The position numbers and the translations under genes are program-made. From an uncultured Phycisphaerales bacterium (GTDB lineage: Bacteria > Planctomycetota > Phycisphaerae > Tepidisphaerales > Tepidisphaeraceae): a stretch of DNA of 64,000 bases. The notes below the pieces were generated by a model. It saw only the letters and a list, made by a program, of their open reading frames with translations. It was not told where the DNA came from and searched no databases. Every line of letters begins with the position of its first letter. Position 1 is the stretch's first letter. The stretch is taken from positions 2,560,001-2,624,000 of the forward strand of contig CAVWVQ010000003.1 of NCBI GenBank assembly GCA_963758525.1, given 5' to 3'. This document shows positions 41,391 to 51,943 of the stretch, piece after piece.

Positions 41391-42401
41391 GTGAAGGGAC
41401 TTGCAGCAATTCTCTCCGTCGGGCTGGGTGCGGCGGCGTTCGCGGCCGGTTGCGCAGACAATTCGCCCGCGCCGGCGCGGGTGCCGATTCCCCCCACTGA
41501 CCAGGTGCGAGCCAGCGAGCAGCCGGAGAACAAACCGCTGCCGCAGCCCGATTCCGCCAATCCACTTCCGCCGCCGGTGTTTGACGACGCGCCGCTGGTC
41601 AGCCAGCGCCTGCCGGAGGAGCGGGCCTTTGTCGGGGCCTACGAGCAGGTGGGCCGGCCGCGTATTTTGATCTTCGTCAACCGCACACTGGAGGGCCAGA
41701 TTGTCCCGGTCAACCCGGACACTCCGCTGGCCACCGTCGAGCACAAGGCGCAAACAAATGGCGCCATCACGGCAGACGCGTCGCGCACCTCGGGCACGTA
41801 CGGCTACTGGTACGACTCCCATCACGACAGCACCTCCCATTTCCAAAGCACTGGCCCGGCGGACTTCACCGAGACAACCAGCGTCTATTTGCATCCTGGC
41901 GAGTACGACGAAGCGGCCGCCAAATCGCTCGACTATGAGGCAGTGGAAAACGTGCTGACCGACTGGCTCTCCGCGGGCGGCAAAGTCGCGATCGTTTCCC
42001 CGACGATGGCTCGCCAGCGCCTGACCGAGGAACAGCTCAAGGATCTGAAGAGCGATCGCCCCCGCATGCTCGGCGAGGTCGCCCGGCAGTTGGATGCGGA
42101 TATTCTCATTCAGGTCCAGGTGCATCCGACGCAGCAGACGCAGGACGGGCTGGAATTCCGGCTGGTCGCCGAGGCGATCAACGTGCGTGGCGGGGAATCC
42201 ATCGCCCGCGCACTGGTCGATGTCCCGCCGCCGTTGGATAAGCCGAAGATCAACAAGTACACGCGTTTTCTGGCGCGGAAGCTGATGGACGGGATGGTTG
42301 GGTCATGGGAATCGTTTGGCGGACGCCCCGAAGGCGCACCGCCGGCGCCCGCCACCGTGCCGGCGACCCAGCCTGCGGCCGAGCCGGAACCGCCGAAATA
42401 A
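41391..42401 (+). CDS. Hypothetical lipoprotein with CsgG/LpoB-like C-terminal region
   Basis: GAGGAGG RBS, lipobox FAAGC, Pro-rich linker, GRPRILIFVN...LDADILIQVQV...EAINVRGGESIA. Confidence 0.7.
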   Translation: MKGLAAILSVGLGAAAFAAGCADNSPAPARVPIPPTDQVRASEQPENKPLPQPDSANPLPPPVFDDAPLVSQRLPEERAFVGAYEQVGRPRILIFVNRTLEGQIVPVNPDTPLATVEHKAQTNGAITADASRTSGTYGYWYDSHHDSTSHFQSTGPADFTETTSVYLHPGEYDEAAAKSLDYEAVENVLTDWLSAGGKVAIVSPTMARQRLTEEQLKDLKSDRPRMLGEVARQLDADILIQVQVHPTQQTQDGLEFRLVAEAINVRGGESIARALVDVPPPLDKPKINKYTRFLARKLMDGMVGSWESFGGRPEGAPPAPATVPATQPAAEPEPPK

Positions 42402-42426
42402 ATTGCTTCTCTTGCGAGGATTGCCC

Positions 42427-42816
42427 ATGAGATCTCTGCTGCTGTTCTCCGTTTTGGCGATGGCTGGTTGCGGCGTGAACCCGCCGATCGAAGGCCGCGC
42501 CGATCCTTATGCTCCCGCGCAGGTACACTTCGACAGCGATGAGATTCGCCGCGACACCGCTATCGGGCAACCCGTCGTCACGCGCGACCAGTTTGGGCTG
42601 CTTCACGTGTCGCTCCCTGTCCGCTCGGCAGTCGATCTGCAACTTCACGTGCAATACCGCGTTTCGTTCTTCGATCAGAACCGCGGTCTTCTCGATCAGC
42701 AAAGCTGGATCGACAAAACACTGACTGCAAACACGCCGGATCAGATCGACGTCAACAGCGTCGACAAGCGTGCCGCGGATTTCCAGATCGACTTCCGATA
42801 TCCGCCGGGGTATTGA
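42427..42816 (+). CDS. YcfL/DUF1425-like lipoprotein
   Basis: Lipobox MAGC; LHVSLPVRS..LHVQYRVSFFD..G..W...AADFQI. Confidence 0.75.
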   Translation: MRSLLLFSVLAMAGCGVNPPIEGRADPYAPAQVHFDSDEIRRDTAIGQPVVTRDQFGLLHVSLPVRSAVDLQLHVQYRVSFFDQNRGLLDQQSWIDKTLTANTPDQIDVNSVDKRAADFQIDFRYPPGY

Positions 42817-42936
42817 AGCCGTGCGGGAGCGCGAATTTCGGGCGAGAAAGAGACGAAGTGCGTTTGCACGGCCGGAACTGCAGGCTGGAAGCCTGCACCA
42901 CAATGGGCGGGAAGTTCGCGCACCCATAGCCCAGGC

Positions 42937-43962
42937 TCATACGGCCGATTCGATCTTGACCGATAGTTGCTGCAGCGCCAGCGCGACGTTGACATTGGCG
43001 TCGAGATATGTTTCGGACTGTGCGATCGCCTCGATCATGTCACACAGGGTATCACGCAGCTCGGCGTCTTCATCGCGGGCCAGGCGTTTTCGCAGGTGCT
43101 CGGCGGCGATCATCAAATACATGTTCAGCCCTTCGCGGGTGGCCTGCTCCTTGCTCGAAAGCTCGTCGCGCTCCAGTTGCCGGGCGGCATAATCTTCAGC
43201 CGCCTTGCGCAGCCAGCCGGGAAGATCGGATGGGGCTTCTCCGCGCAGCAGGGCATCCATCTGTTCGATCAGTTGCCCGGCCGGCTCGACGACGCCGTCC
43301 TCAATCCATTTCAGCGCCAGTCCGAGGGAGCCCTCAGCGAGCTTCGCCGCGCTGGCCGCGGTTTCCGGCGGGATCTTTCGTTTTGCCAGTTCGCGCAGCA
43401 CGGTTGCCCGATCCAGCGCCGCGAATCGCACCAGCCGCGCCCGGCTCCGGACCGTCGCCAGCAGCAGGGAGGGTTGATCCGTCAGCAGAATGATCAGCGT
43501 TCTTCCGGCGGGTTCCTCGAGTGTTTTGAGCAGGGCGTTCTGGGCCGCCGCGTTCATCACCTCGGCCTGCTCGATGATGAAGACCTTCCCGCGTCCCATC
43601 GCCGGCTTACGACACGCCGGCTCGATCAGCTCCGGGCGAATCACGTTGATCGACAATTCGATCCCCTTCGACTTACCGGTTTTGTCGTGATAGCGGATCA
43701 GCTCCTTGGCGATCACGTGAAAATCCGGATGGTTGCCCGCGGCAAAAATCCGGCAGCTCTCGCACTTGCCGCACGCGATGTCCCCCTTGGGCTGCTCGCA
43801 CAGAAAAAGCCGGGAGAGCACGCCCGCCGTCATCGCTTTCCCCACGCCGATCGGACCGCCAAAAATCAACCCGTGCGGCAGCCGATCCGCGGCATACGCC
43901 GATCGCAGCGCGTTCACGGCTTCGTCCTGCCCGAGGATGTCGGTCCAGGTGTGTTGATTCAT
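42937..43962 (-). CDS. holB: DNA polymerase III delta' subunit
   Basis: ILGQ, HGLIFGGPIGVGK, C..CG.C.SC Zn motif, HPDF, AQNALLKTLEEP, TVRSR. Confidence 0.93.
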   Translation of the reverse strand: MNQHTWTDILGQDEAVNALRSAYAADRLPHGLIFGGPIGVGKAMTAGVLSRLFLCEQPKGDIACGKCESCRIFAAGNHPDFHVIAKELIRYHDKTGKSKGIELSINVIRPELIEPACRKPAMGRGKVFIIEQAEVMNAAAQNALLKTLEEPAGRTLIILLTDQPSLLLATVRSRARLVRFAALDRATVLRELAKRKIPPETAASAAKLAEGSLGLALKWIEDGVVEPAGQLIEQMDALLRGEAPSDLPGWLRKAAEDYAARQLERDELSSKEQATREGLNMYLMIAAEHLRKRLARDEDAELRDTLCDMIEAIAQSETYLDANVNVALALQQLSVKIESAV

Positions 43963-44587
43963 GGCAATTCGCCAATTACCTGCTTTACCGTCTCCCATAC
44001 CCGTGCGTGCACCTCTTCCACGGTCCCCTCCGCGCTGATCAGCCGGAACGATTCGGGCGACTCATTTACTTGCGCCAGATAGTTCTTCCGCACCTGCTCG
44101 TGGTACTCCAACGGCCGCTGCTCGATACGATCGCGCGCTCGTCGCACTCGTTCCAAGCTCGCGCCGTGCGGCATGTCGAGGATTAACGTTAGATCGGGCC
44201 AGCGCCCTTGAATCGCAACCTCCGCGACGCCGCGAATCTCGGCAGCGGTCAGTCCATCTCCGCCGAGCTGATAGGCCAGCGTGCTGGAGACAAAGCGGTC
44301 GCAAATCACCGTCTTCCCGGCGTCCAATGCCGGCAGGATCAGCTCTGCCATGAGCTGCGCCGCGCGGCCATGTAGAGGAGCATCTCGCAGCGCATCGACA
44401 TTTCCTGGCACTGCGGGTCGAGCAGGATGGAACGGACCTTTTCGCCGATCGGCGTCGTTCCCGGATCGCGCACCAGGATCGCGTCAACGCAGTGGCGAAC
44501 GAGCCGCGCGCGCAGCAACTGGCTCTGCGTGCTTTTCCCGCAACCTTCGTTCCCGTCGAAAACAATGAAACGCCCGGGCGTCGGCAT
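43959..44587 (-). CDS. tmk: Thymidylate kinase (frameshift near 44362)
   Basis: FIVFDGNEGCGKSTQ, RDPG, EMLLYMAAR / AQL..ILPAL..G..VICDRF..STLAYQ, PDLT, DRIEQ. Confidence 0.92.
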
Positions 44588-44670
44588 CGCAGGGAGTATA
44601 TCGTTCGATCGCGGCAAGTGGTCACTCGTATTTCTTGACCCCCCTTCCCTACACCCGTAGATTTCACCGC

Positions 44671-45840
44671 ATGGAAGCGGCCGTTTCCGAAATTCGCCAG
44701 GAGTTTGCCCGCGTTTTCGGCGAAGCGGGGCGCGTCTGGGTCATTCGTGCGCCGGGCCGCGTCAATCTCATCGGCGAACACACCGATTACAACGACGGCT
44801 TCGTTTTCCCGATGGCCATCGAGCCTGAGGTCCGCATCGCCTGCCGGGCCCGCGACGACGGGGTAGTCCGGCTGGCTTCCACCGTCTTTCCAAATCAGAT
44901 CGCGGAATTCAGCCTCGAGAAAAAAATCGAACCTGGCAACCCCGCCTGGGCCAACTACTCGCGCGGCGTCGCGGCGGAATTTCTGGCGGCGGGAATTCCG
45001 CTGCTGGGGATGGATGCGATGTTCGTCAACACGCTTCCCGTGGGCGGGGGCCTGTCGAGCAGCGCCGCCATTGAAGTGGGGACCGCTCGCGCGCTGCTCA
45101 CGCTGAGCGGCCGTGACATGGACGAGCGGCGTCTGGCGCTGCTCTGCCAGCGGGCCGAGCACAAATTCGCGAACGTGCCGTGCGGAATCATGGATCAGAC
45201 GATTGTCGCGTCGGGACGTGTGGGACACGCGATGCTGCTCGATTGCCGCGATCAGAGCCGGACGTTCGTACCGATCGACGGCAACGAACTGCGTGTCGTC
45301 ATCGTCAACAGCATGGTTCGCCACGAGCTGTCCGGCAGCGAATACGCCGATCGGAGCCGGCAATGTGAAGAGGGCGTCGCGTATTTCGCCAAAAGCGACG
45401 CGAACGTGCGCGCCCTGCGGGACGTGACGCTCGAGCAGTTGCATGCCGCCAGCGGCGCGCTCTCCGATGTGGTGTTCAGACGCTGCCGGCACATCATCAC
45501 CGAGAACACGCGAACGACGCTGGCCGCGGAGAAACTCAGACAGCGACATTACGAACAAGTTGGCGAGTTGATGGTGCAATCGCACAACTCGCTGCGCGAC
45601 GACTACGAAGTGAGTTGCGTCGAACTCGATTTTCTCGCCGCCGAGGCGGCTGGCGTGAAGGGCGTGTACGGCGCCCGCATGACCGGCGGTGGTTTTGGCG
45701 GCTGCATCGTCGCGCTGGCGCAGCCGCGCGCGGTGGAGCGTCTCTCGGAACATCTGAAGACGGTGTATCCTCCGAAGTTCGGAAAAACTCCCGGAATTTA
45801 TGTCACTACGGCGACCCAGGGCGCGAGCGTGATCGCTTAG
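44671..45840 (+). CDS. galK: Galactokinase
   Basis: APGRVNLIGEHTDYN, GGGLSSSAA, CGIMDQ, GARMTGGGFGG. Confidence 0.95.
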   Translation: MEAAVSEIRQEFARVFGEAGRVWVIRAPGRVNLIGEHTDYNDGFVFPMAIEPEVRIACRARDDGVVRLASTVFPNQIAEFSLEKKIEPGNPAWANYSRGVAAEFLAAGIPLLGMDAMFVNTLPVGGGLSSSAAIEVGTARALLTLSGRDMDERRLALLCQRAEHKFANVPCGIMDQTIVASGRVGHAMLLDCRDQSRTFVPIDGNELRVVIVNSMVRHELSGSEYADRSRQCEEGVAYFAKSDANVRALRDVTLEQLHAASGALSDVVFRRCRHIITENTRTTLAAEKLRQRHYEQVGELMVQSHNSLRDDYEVSCVELDFLAAEAAGVKGVYGARMTGGGFGGCIVALAQPRAVERLSEHLKTVYPPKFGKTPGIYVTTATQGASVIA

Positions 45841-45862
45841 AAGCCGTTTCCGAACTCTTCGC

Positions 45863-45972
45863 TCAGGGTGTCAGGGTTCAGGGTTCAGGGTGTCAGGGTT
45901 CAGGGTGTCAGGGTTCAGGGTTCAGCAGATCAATTCCCCGCTGAACCCTGACACCCTGAACCCCGAACCCTG
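45863..45972. repeat. Inverted tandem CAGGGTT/CAGGGTGT repeat cluster
   Basis: About eight forward units, then ctgaaccctgacaccctgaaccccgaaccctg in reverse orientation. Confidence 0.85.
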
Positions 45973-46035
45973 GTCCGGGAGTACGACATCAGGGGTTTGA
46001 ACGGCCTCTTGGCGATCGCTCGCAGCGTAATTCTC

Positions 46036-47052
46036 ATGCCTCTCCTCCGCGACATTCTCCTCAAGCTCTGCCGCCGCGAAGATCTGACGCGTTCGGAGAC
46101 GCGGGAGGCATTTGCGCACATCATGGCGGGGGAGGCCAACGACGCGGAAATCGGCGGGCTGCTGGTCGGGCTGGCGGCCAAGGGAACCACCGTGGAGGAA
46201 CTCGTCGGCGCGGCATCGGTCATGCGCGACAACGCGATCTGCGTCGCCGGCGATCCCGACGGCGTGATCCTCGACACCTGCGGCACCGGCGGGGACGTGC
46301 GCGGGACCTTCAACATTTCCACCGCCGCCGCACTGATCGTTGCCGGGGCGGGCGTGCGCGTCGTGAAGCACGGCAACCGCTCCGCATCGAGCCGATCCGG
46401 ATCGGCGGACGTTCTGGAAAAGCTCGGCGTTCGCATCGACGCCTCTTCCGAGGCGCTGGCCCGCTGCCTGAAGGAAGCCAACATCTGCTTCGCGTTCGCC
46501 CGCGCGCATCACCCGGCCATGAAACATGTCTCCGCGGCCAGGGCCGCGCTGGCGATACCCACCATCTTCAACCTCCTTGGGCCGCTGACGAATCCCGCGC
46601 GCGCACGGCACCAGCTTCTGGGTGTCTTCGCGCCCGAACTGACCGAACGCATGGCCACCGTTCTGCGCGAGCTGGGAAGCGAGCGGGCATGGGTGGTGCA
46701 TGCTGACGATGGGCTGGACGAACTTTCCACGCTGGGACAAACGCGAGTCAGCGAGCTGGCCGCCGGCGAGGTCCGCACCTGGAAGCTGGATCCAAAGACG
46801 CTTGGCATTCCCTACGCGCGGCTTTCCGATCTCCAGGTGAACAGCGCGCGAGAGTCGGCTGACGTCATTCAAAAAATTCTCGCTGGAGCGAAGGGCGCGG
46901 CCCGCGATATTGCGGCGCTCAACGCCGCCGGAGCGCTGATGGTCGCGGGAGCCGCTCCCGATTTATCCACGGCAATGTTCCACGCGCAAACTGCGATCGA
47001 TGACGGCTCTGCGAAGCGTGCGCTGGAATCCCTGGCGCGTTTTTCTCAGTGA
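46036..47052 (+). CDS. trpD: Anthranilate phosphoribosyltransferase
   Basis: DTCGTGGD, FNISTAAA, KHGNRSASSRSGSAD, FNLLGPLTNP, DGLDE. Confidence 0.95.
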   Translation: MPLLRDILLKLCRREDLTRSETREAFAHIMAGEANDAEIGGLLVGLAAKGTTVEELVGAASVMRDNAICVAGDPDGVILDTCGTGGDVRGTFNISTAAALIVAGAGVRVVKHGNRSASSRSGSADVLEKLGVRIDASSEALARCLKEANICFAFARAHHPAMKHVSAARAALAIPTIFNLLGPLTNPARARHQLLGVFAPELTERMATVLRELGSERAWVVHADDGLDELSTLGQTRVSELAAGEVRTWKLDPKTLGIPYARLSDLQVNSARESADVIQKILAGAKGAARDIAALNAAGALMVAGAAPDLSTAMFHAQTAIDDGSAKRALESLARFSQ

Positions 47053-47220
47053 ATGCGCGGGCTCTGCGGAATTCGCGTTTTCGCGCAATTGAACCGCGCA
47101 CCTTGCATGGGCAGGATGTCCATGCCACAGGGGCGCGATTCACTGGCTTGCCCTTCGCGGGAAAAAAGTCTGTTCAGCGCCGGTCCGGTGAGACAGGTGC
47201 GACATTTCGAGAACCTCACA

Positions 47221-48113
47221 ATGCCCGGCGAATTTGATTTCATCCAGTGGATCAGAACCCGGTCGCCTGCGACGGCGGTCGTGCAGATCCCCCCTGGCGA
47301 CGATCTGGCGGCGCTCAAATGGGACCCGTCCGACCTGCTGCTCGTCGGCGTTGATCAGGTTCTCGACGGCGTCCATTTCGACTCGGCGGTTCATTCTCCG
47401 CGCAACATCGGTCACAAGGCAATGAATCGCAATCTTTCCGATTGCGCCGCGATGGCCTGCCTCCCGGTTGCCGCGCTGGCGTCGGTCGCGCTGCCTGGAG
47501 GCGCGGGCGTCGAATACGCAAAGGAACTCTACGGAGGTCTTCGCGCGGCTGCCGACCCGTTTGATTGCGCCATCGTCGGGGGGGACACCGGCGCCTGGGC
47601 CGGTAAGCTCGCGCTGAGCGTGACGATTCTGGGCGCAGCGCCGGGATCGCGCCGACAACGCGCAGCGGCGCCAAGCCTGGAGACACGCTCTACGTCACCG
47701 GCCCCCTGGGCGGCAGCATCCGCGGCCGGCACATGCGCTTCGTGCCGCGCGTCTACCTGGCGCGGGAGCTGGCCTCGCACGGGCGCATCACCGCCATGAT
47801 CGATTTGAGCGACGGATTGGCGCGCGATCTGGGGCACATCTGCCGCGAGAGCGGCGCGGGCGCGATCGTTGATGCCGATCGAGTGCCTATTCACAACGAC
47901 GCTCTGGAATTATCACAGGCCGATCGGGTCGATCCGCTCGCGCATGCCATTGGCGACGGCGAGGATTATGAGCTGCTTCTGACCAGCGCCGACGATCTTT
48001 CAAGGTATGGCGCGATACCGATCGGACGGATGATTGCAGGGCGCGAAATACTGATACGAACCGAGGCGGGGGTGAAGCCGCTCGCAACCGGCGGATGGGA
48101 GCACACGCTGTGA
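47221..48113 (+). CDS. thiL: Thiamine-monophosphate kinase (frameshift near 47640)
   Basis: GEFDFI, PGDDLA, DGVHF, NLSDCAAM, VGGDT / MIDLSDGL..DLGHI..ESG, GEDYELL, GWEH. Confidence 0.92.
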
Positions 48114-48541
48114 CACCCGCGGTGGAAGAAACGATTACCGCGAACGTCGGCGAGACCGAGGCGCTCGCCGCCCGATTCGCACAGACGCTTCGCGGCGGCG
48201 ACTGCGTCGCCTTGCACGGGGAGATGGGCGCGGGCAAAACGCAATTCGTTCGCGGCCTGGTCCGCGGGATCGGTGCGAATCCCGCCGCGGTCAGCAGTCC
48301 GACATTTGTTCTGCTTCATGTTTACGATGGCGGGCGGCTGACGATTTACCATCTCGATGCGTACCGCGTTGCCGGCCCGGAGGACTTTGAGACGATCGGC
48401 TTTGCCGAACTGCTGGAGCAGGGGGGTATTGTGGTGGTCGAATGGGCGAAACGAGTGGAATCGCTGCTGCCGTCAGGGACCGTCAGTGTCAGGATTGAGT
48501 CGATCGGCGAATACGAACGTCACATCGAAATTCGTCGCTGA
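48110..48541 (+). CDS. tsaE: tRNA threonylcarbamoyladenosine biosynthesis ATPase
   Basis: LHGEMGAGKT, VSSPTF, YHLDAYR, VVEW. Confidence 0.93.
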   Translation: MTPAVEETITANVGETEALAARFAQTLRGGDCVALHGEMGAGKTQFVRGLVRGIGANPAAVSSPTFVLLHVYDGGRLTIYHLDAYRVAGPEDFETIGFAELLEQGGIVVVEWAKRVESLLPSGTVSVRIESIGEYERHIEIRR

Positions 48542-48710
48542 AGCGGCCGCTTTTTCAAACGTGTCCGCTGAAATGTGCGCGTTCTGCTAACACGCGATCA
48601 TTGGCCGGTAAAACCCCCGGCTTCATCAATAAAAACCATCTTTTGGGGTGGTATCGAGCACAGCCATGGCATAAGATGCCGCGCCAACCCGAACTCCTTA
48701 CGGAGCGGAT

Positions 48711-49055
48711 ATGCGTTGTAACTACTGCCAGAGCAATGATTTTCGTTACTCAGCCTTCAAGCCGGAAGACTTTTTTCTGCTGCTCGTGCTGATTCGGCCT
48801 TTCCGTTGCAAGGAGTGCGAAGAACGCACCTATCGCTTCGTTGGAGCGCTCGTTCTCAGCCAAATCGCACGCCGGCTGGGCCTCGACGACTACTTTTCGC
48901 GAGCCATGGACCTCGCCCAGCAGCAAGCGATCAAGTTCCGCGAGTTCACCACGTGGCGCAGTTCGCCACCGAGATTGCAGGAACGGGCTATAATGCCTGC
49001 ATTCTCGCCAAGCGAAGATGATGAAGCCACCATGGACGACTCGCTCTCGAATTGA
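48711..49055 (+). CDS. Hypothetical Zn-ribbon protein
   Basis: GGAG RBS; CNYC ... RPFRCKEC with a short hydrophobic segment between. Confidence 0.65.
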   Translation: MRCNYCQSNDFRYSAFKPEDFFLLLVLIRPFRCKECEERTYRFVGALVLSQIARRLGLDDYFSRAMDLAQQQAIKFREFTTWRSSPPRLQERAIMPAFSPSEDDEATMDDSLSN

Positions 49056-49851
49056 AGCCGCCCTGGCGTGCTATCGGCAGTGCTCTCTGTGCGAACATCG
49101 CTGCAACGTGGATCGGACCGTCTCGCCCGCCGGATTTTGCAAAGCGCGCGACAACGCCAACGTATTTCGGCATCGCATCGAATACGGCGAAGAGCTGGAG
49201 CTGATCCCGTCCCATCTGTTTTATCTTTCGGGGTGCGATCTGCGCTGCGGCTTCTGCATCGCGGGCATCAACGCGTTTGATCCTTCCCGAGGAACCAGGC
49301 TGACGAGCAGCTTTTTCAATGACACTATTTCTTGGGGACTCGATCGGGGGGCGCACAATATCCAGTGGGTAGGCGGCGAGCCGACTATCCACGTGCCGGC
49401 CATTCTCGACGTGATGTCCCGCTGCTCGAACTTGCCGCCCGTTGTCTGGAAATCTGATTTCTATGGTACGCCCGAGGTTTTCGAATTGCTGGATGGTGCC
49501 GTCAACGTCTACGTTGCCGACTTCAAATTCGGCAACGACCGATGCGCTCGGCGGATTGCGGGGATCGACAACTACGTTTCAGTGGTCACTCGAAATCTGA
49601 AGATTGCAGCAAGTCAGTCCAAATTGATCATCCGCCATTTACTGCTGCCCGGCCATGGTGAGTGTTGCTATCGTCCGATTGTGAATTGGCTGCGCGACAA
49701 CATGCCATCCGCGCGATTCAGCCTGCGCGACAGCTATTTGCCCAGTTGGCGGTCGGCGCAATTTGAAGACCTCGCGCATCCCTTGAACCCGCAACAGGGC
49801 CGAGACGCCCTAGACCTGGCCAATCGGATGGGGCTCACGGTGATCCAATGA
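49018..49851 (+). CDS. Radical SAM protein, PflX-like
   Basis: CSLCEHRCNVDR..GFC N-terminal Cys cluster, GCDLRCGFC (CxxxCxxC), VGGEPT, YVADFKFGN, IIRHLLLPGH..CC; start uncertain. Confidence 0.88.
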   Translation: MMKPPWTTRSRIEAALACYRQCSLCEHRCNVDRTVSPAGFCKARDNANVFRHRIEYGEELELIPSHLFYLSGCDLRCGFCIAGINAFDPSRGTRLTSSFFNDTISWGLDRGAHNIQWVGGEPTIHVPAILDVMSRCSNLPPVVWKSDFYGTPEVFELLDGAVNVYVADFKFGNDRCARRIAGIDNYVSVVTRNLKIAASQSKLIIRHLLLPGHGECCYRPIVNWLRDNMPSARFSLRDSYLPSWRSAQFEDLAHPLNPQQGRDALDLANRMGLTVIQ

Positions 49852-50051
49852 CCAACCGCGAAGATGCAATCGAGGACGAAACCACGATGACGGAAATTAC
49901 CATTCAGCCGGATGGACGTGTTTACATATTTGGGACATCCCGCCAGGTTCTGGATATTCTGGCGGACCTGGATCCGCTCTCGCCAAAACTGCAACTGCTG
50001 CTGAATGAAGTCAAACGCCAGGAAAAGATCGACACAACTGCGAGGCTCTGA
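49848..50051 (+). CDS. Small hypothetical protein with DUF2997-like hairpin motif
   Basis: ATGA overlap with the radical SAM gene; EITIQPDGRV. Confidence 0.65.
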   Translation: MTNREDAIEDETTMTEITIQPDGRVYIFGTSRQVLDILADLDPLSPKLQLLLNEVKRQEKIDTTARL

Positions 50052-50085
50052 ATTGAGACAGCAACGTTTCACCGATTCCTCTGAT

Positions 50086-50215
50086 CCCCTCCCCTGGCAC
50101 TCCGGGGGAGGGCCAGGGTGGGGGCCCGATCCGCGGAAGTCGATCGCCACTGAACGGAAATTCGAACACGCCCTGCCCTCACCCCAGCCCTCCCCCGGAG
50201 CACCGGGGGAGGGGG
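50086..50215. repeat. CCCCTCCCCC/GGGGGAGGG palindromic element
   Basis: cccctcccctggcactccgggggagggccagggtggggg ... ccctcaccccagccctcccccggagcaccgggggaggggg; partial relatives at ~52715 and ~52860-52900. Confidence 0.75.
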
Positions 50216-50230
50216 AAAGCCACTCTTAAA

Positions 50231-51918
50231 GTGTCACGGATTCAACCCGCAGCTCAGCCCCTGCCCGCCGCCGCAACTGCATCGCCGACGGTTCCACAAC
50301 CGCCTGCCGCGCCGGGCTCTGAAATGATCGCTGCCGCGGGCAAGCGATTGGTCGATTGTCTTCGCCCCGAAGACGAGCTTGAGGTTCTGATCCGTGCCCG
50401 GTATCCGATCATCTACGTCCTCACCTGGGAAGAAGAGCGGGTGGAAAAAGTGCTGGCGGAAATCGCCGCCGCGCGCAGCAAGAAATTCCACGTCTGGTCT
50501 TACACCCAGGGAATCGTCAAGTACGGCGCCGAGCCGCAGCGCGCCAAATCCGGTACGGGCAGCACCACCGATCCGCTGTCGGCCCTGGACGCGGTGTTGC
50601 AGCACGTCGAGCCCGCGATTTATCTCTTCAAGGATTTTCATCCGTTCACCGAAGAGAACCGCGCTAATCTGGCCGTGATCCGGCGGCTGAAGGACGTCGC
50701 ATATCATCTGCGCGACACCTACAAGACGATTGTGATCGTCGCGCCGGTGATGCGAATCGCTCCCGAGCTGGACAAGGACATCACCGTGGTGCAGTTCCTG
50801 CCGCCGGATGTGAATGACTTCAGCAAGCTGCTCGATCGGATCATCGAGGATTTGAAGGACAAGCCGCAGATCAAGATCAATCTCGACGCCGCCGGCCGCG
50901 AGCGGCTGGTGCACGCGGCGCTGGGCCTGACGCTCAAGGAGGCAGAAAACGTCTTCGCCAAAACGCTGGTTCTGGAAGGCACGATCGACACGGAGGACAT
51001 CAGCATCGTCTTTAGTGAAAAGCAGCAGATCATCCGCAAGAGCGGCCTGCTCGAGTATTTCGCCAGCGACGAGCAGTTCTCCCATGTCGCGGGGATGGAC
51101 AATCTCAAGCAGTGGCTCGTGAAGCGCAGCAGCGCCTTTACCGAGCGCGCCGCCAAGTTCGGTCTTCCCTCGCCTCGCGGGCTTCTGCTGCTGGGCGTGC
51201 AGGGGTGTGGAAAGAGCCTTTGCGCAAAAGCGGTGGCAAGTCTTTGGAAGTTGCCGTTGTTGCGATTCGACGTCGGCCGCATGTTTGGGAGCCTGGTGGG
51301 CTCCAGCGAAGACAATATTCGCCGTGCCATTCAGACTGCCGAGAGCGTCGCTCCCGCCATTCTCTGGGTGGACGAGATCGACAAGGCCTTTGCCGGGTCC
51401 GTCGGCTCCGGCGGAAGCGACGGAGGCACTGCCGCCCGCGTGTTCGGCACGTTCCTCACCTGGCTGTCAGACAAAACCGCGCCGGTCTTCGTCATCGCGA
51501 CGGCCAATGACATCAGCCAGTTGCCGCCCGAATTGCTCCGCAAAGGCAGGCTCGACGAAATATTCTTCGTCGATCTCCCCAACGCGCCGGAGCGGCGGGC
51601 CGTCTTTTCGATTCATCTGCAAAAGCGCGGACGCGCGCCGGAAAACTTCGATCTCGATACGCTCGTGCAGCGTTGCGACGGCTTCAGCGGCGCTGAGATC
51701 GAGCAGGCGATCGTGTCGGGTTTGTTCGACGCATTTGACGCGGGGCACGAGCTCGACACCGCCACGCTGCTGGTCAGTCTGGAGGAGACCGTTCCCCTCT
51801 CCAAGACAATGAGCGAAGATCTCAATCGACTGCGCACCTGGGCGCAGGGCCGGGCGCGCCCGCTTCGGGCGCCATTGCGTCCGCGGCGCCCGCAGCGCGC
51901 CGGAAGATCGAACTGTGA
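50231..51918 (+). CDS. Ycf46-like AAA+ ATPase (apparent frameshift near 51860; true C-terminus ...ARRKIEL*)
   Basis: [84 protein letters not shown]; start 50231 or 50323. Confidence 0.88.
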
Positions 51919-51943
51919 AGATGGAATTTCACCGGAGGCATCC

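Noticed and set aside
44062..45753. Long antisense ORFs (563 aa here; also 6452-7633, 42967-44082, 56288-57403 and others)
   Set aside because: Shadow frames opposite well-supported genes, expected in high-GC DNA, with no motifs
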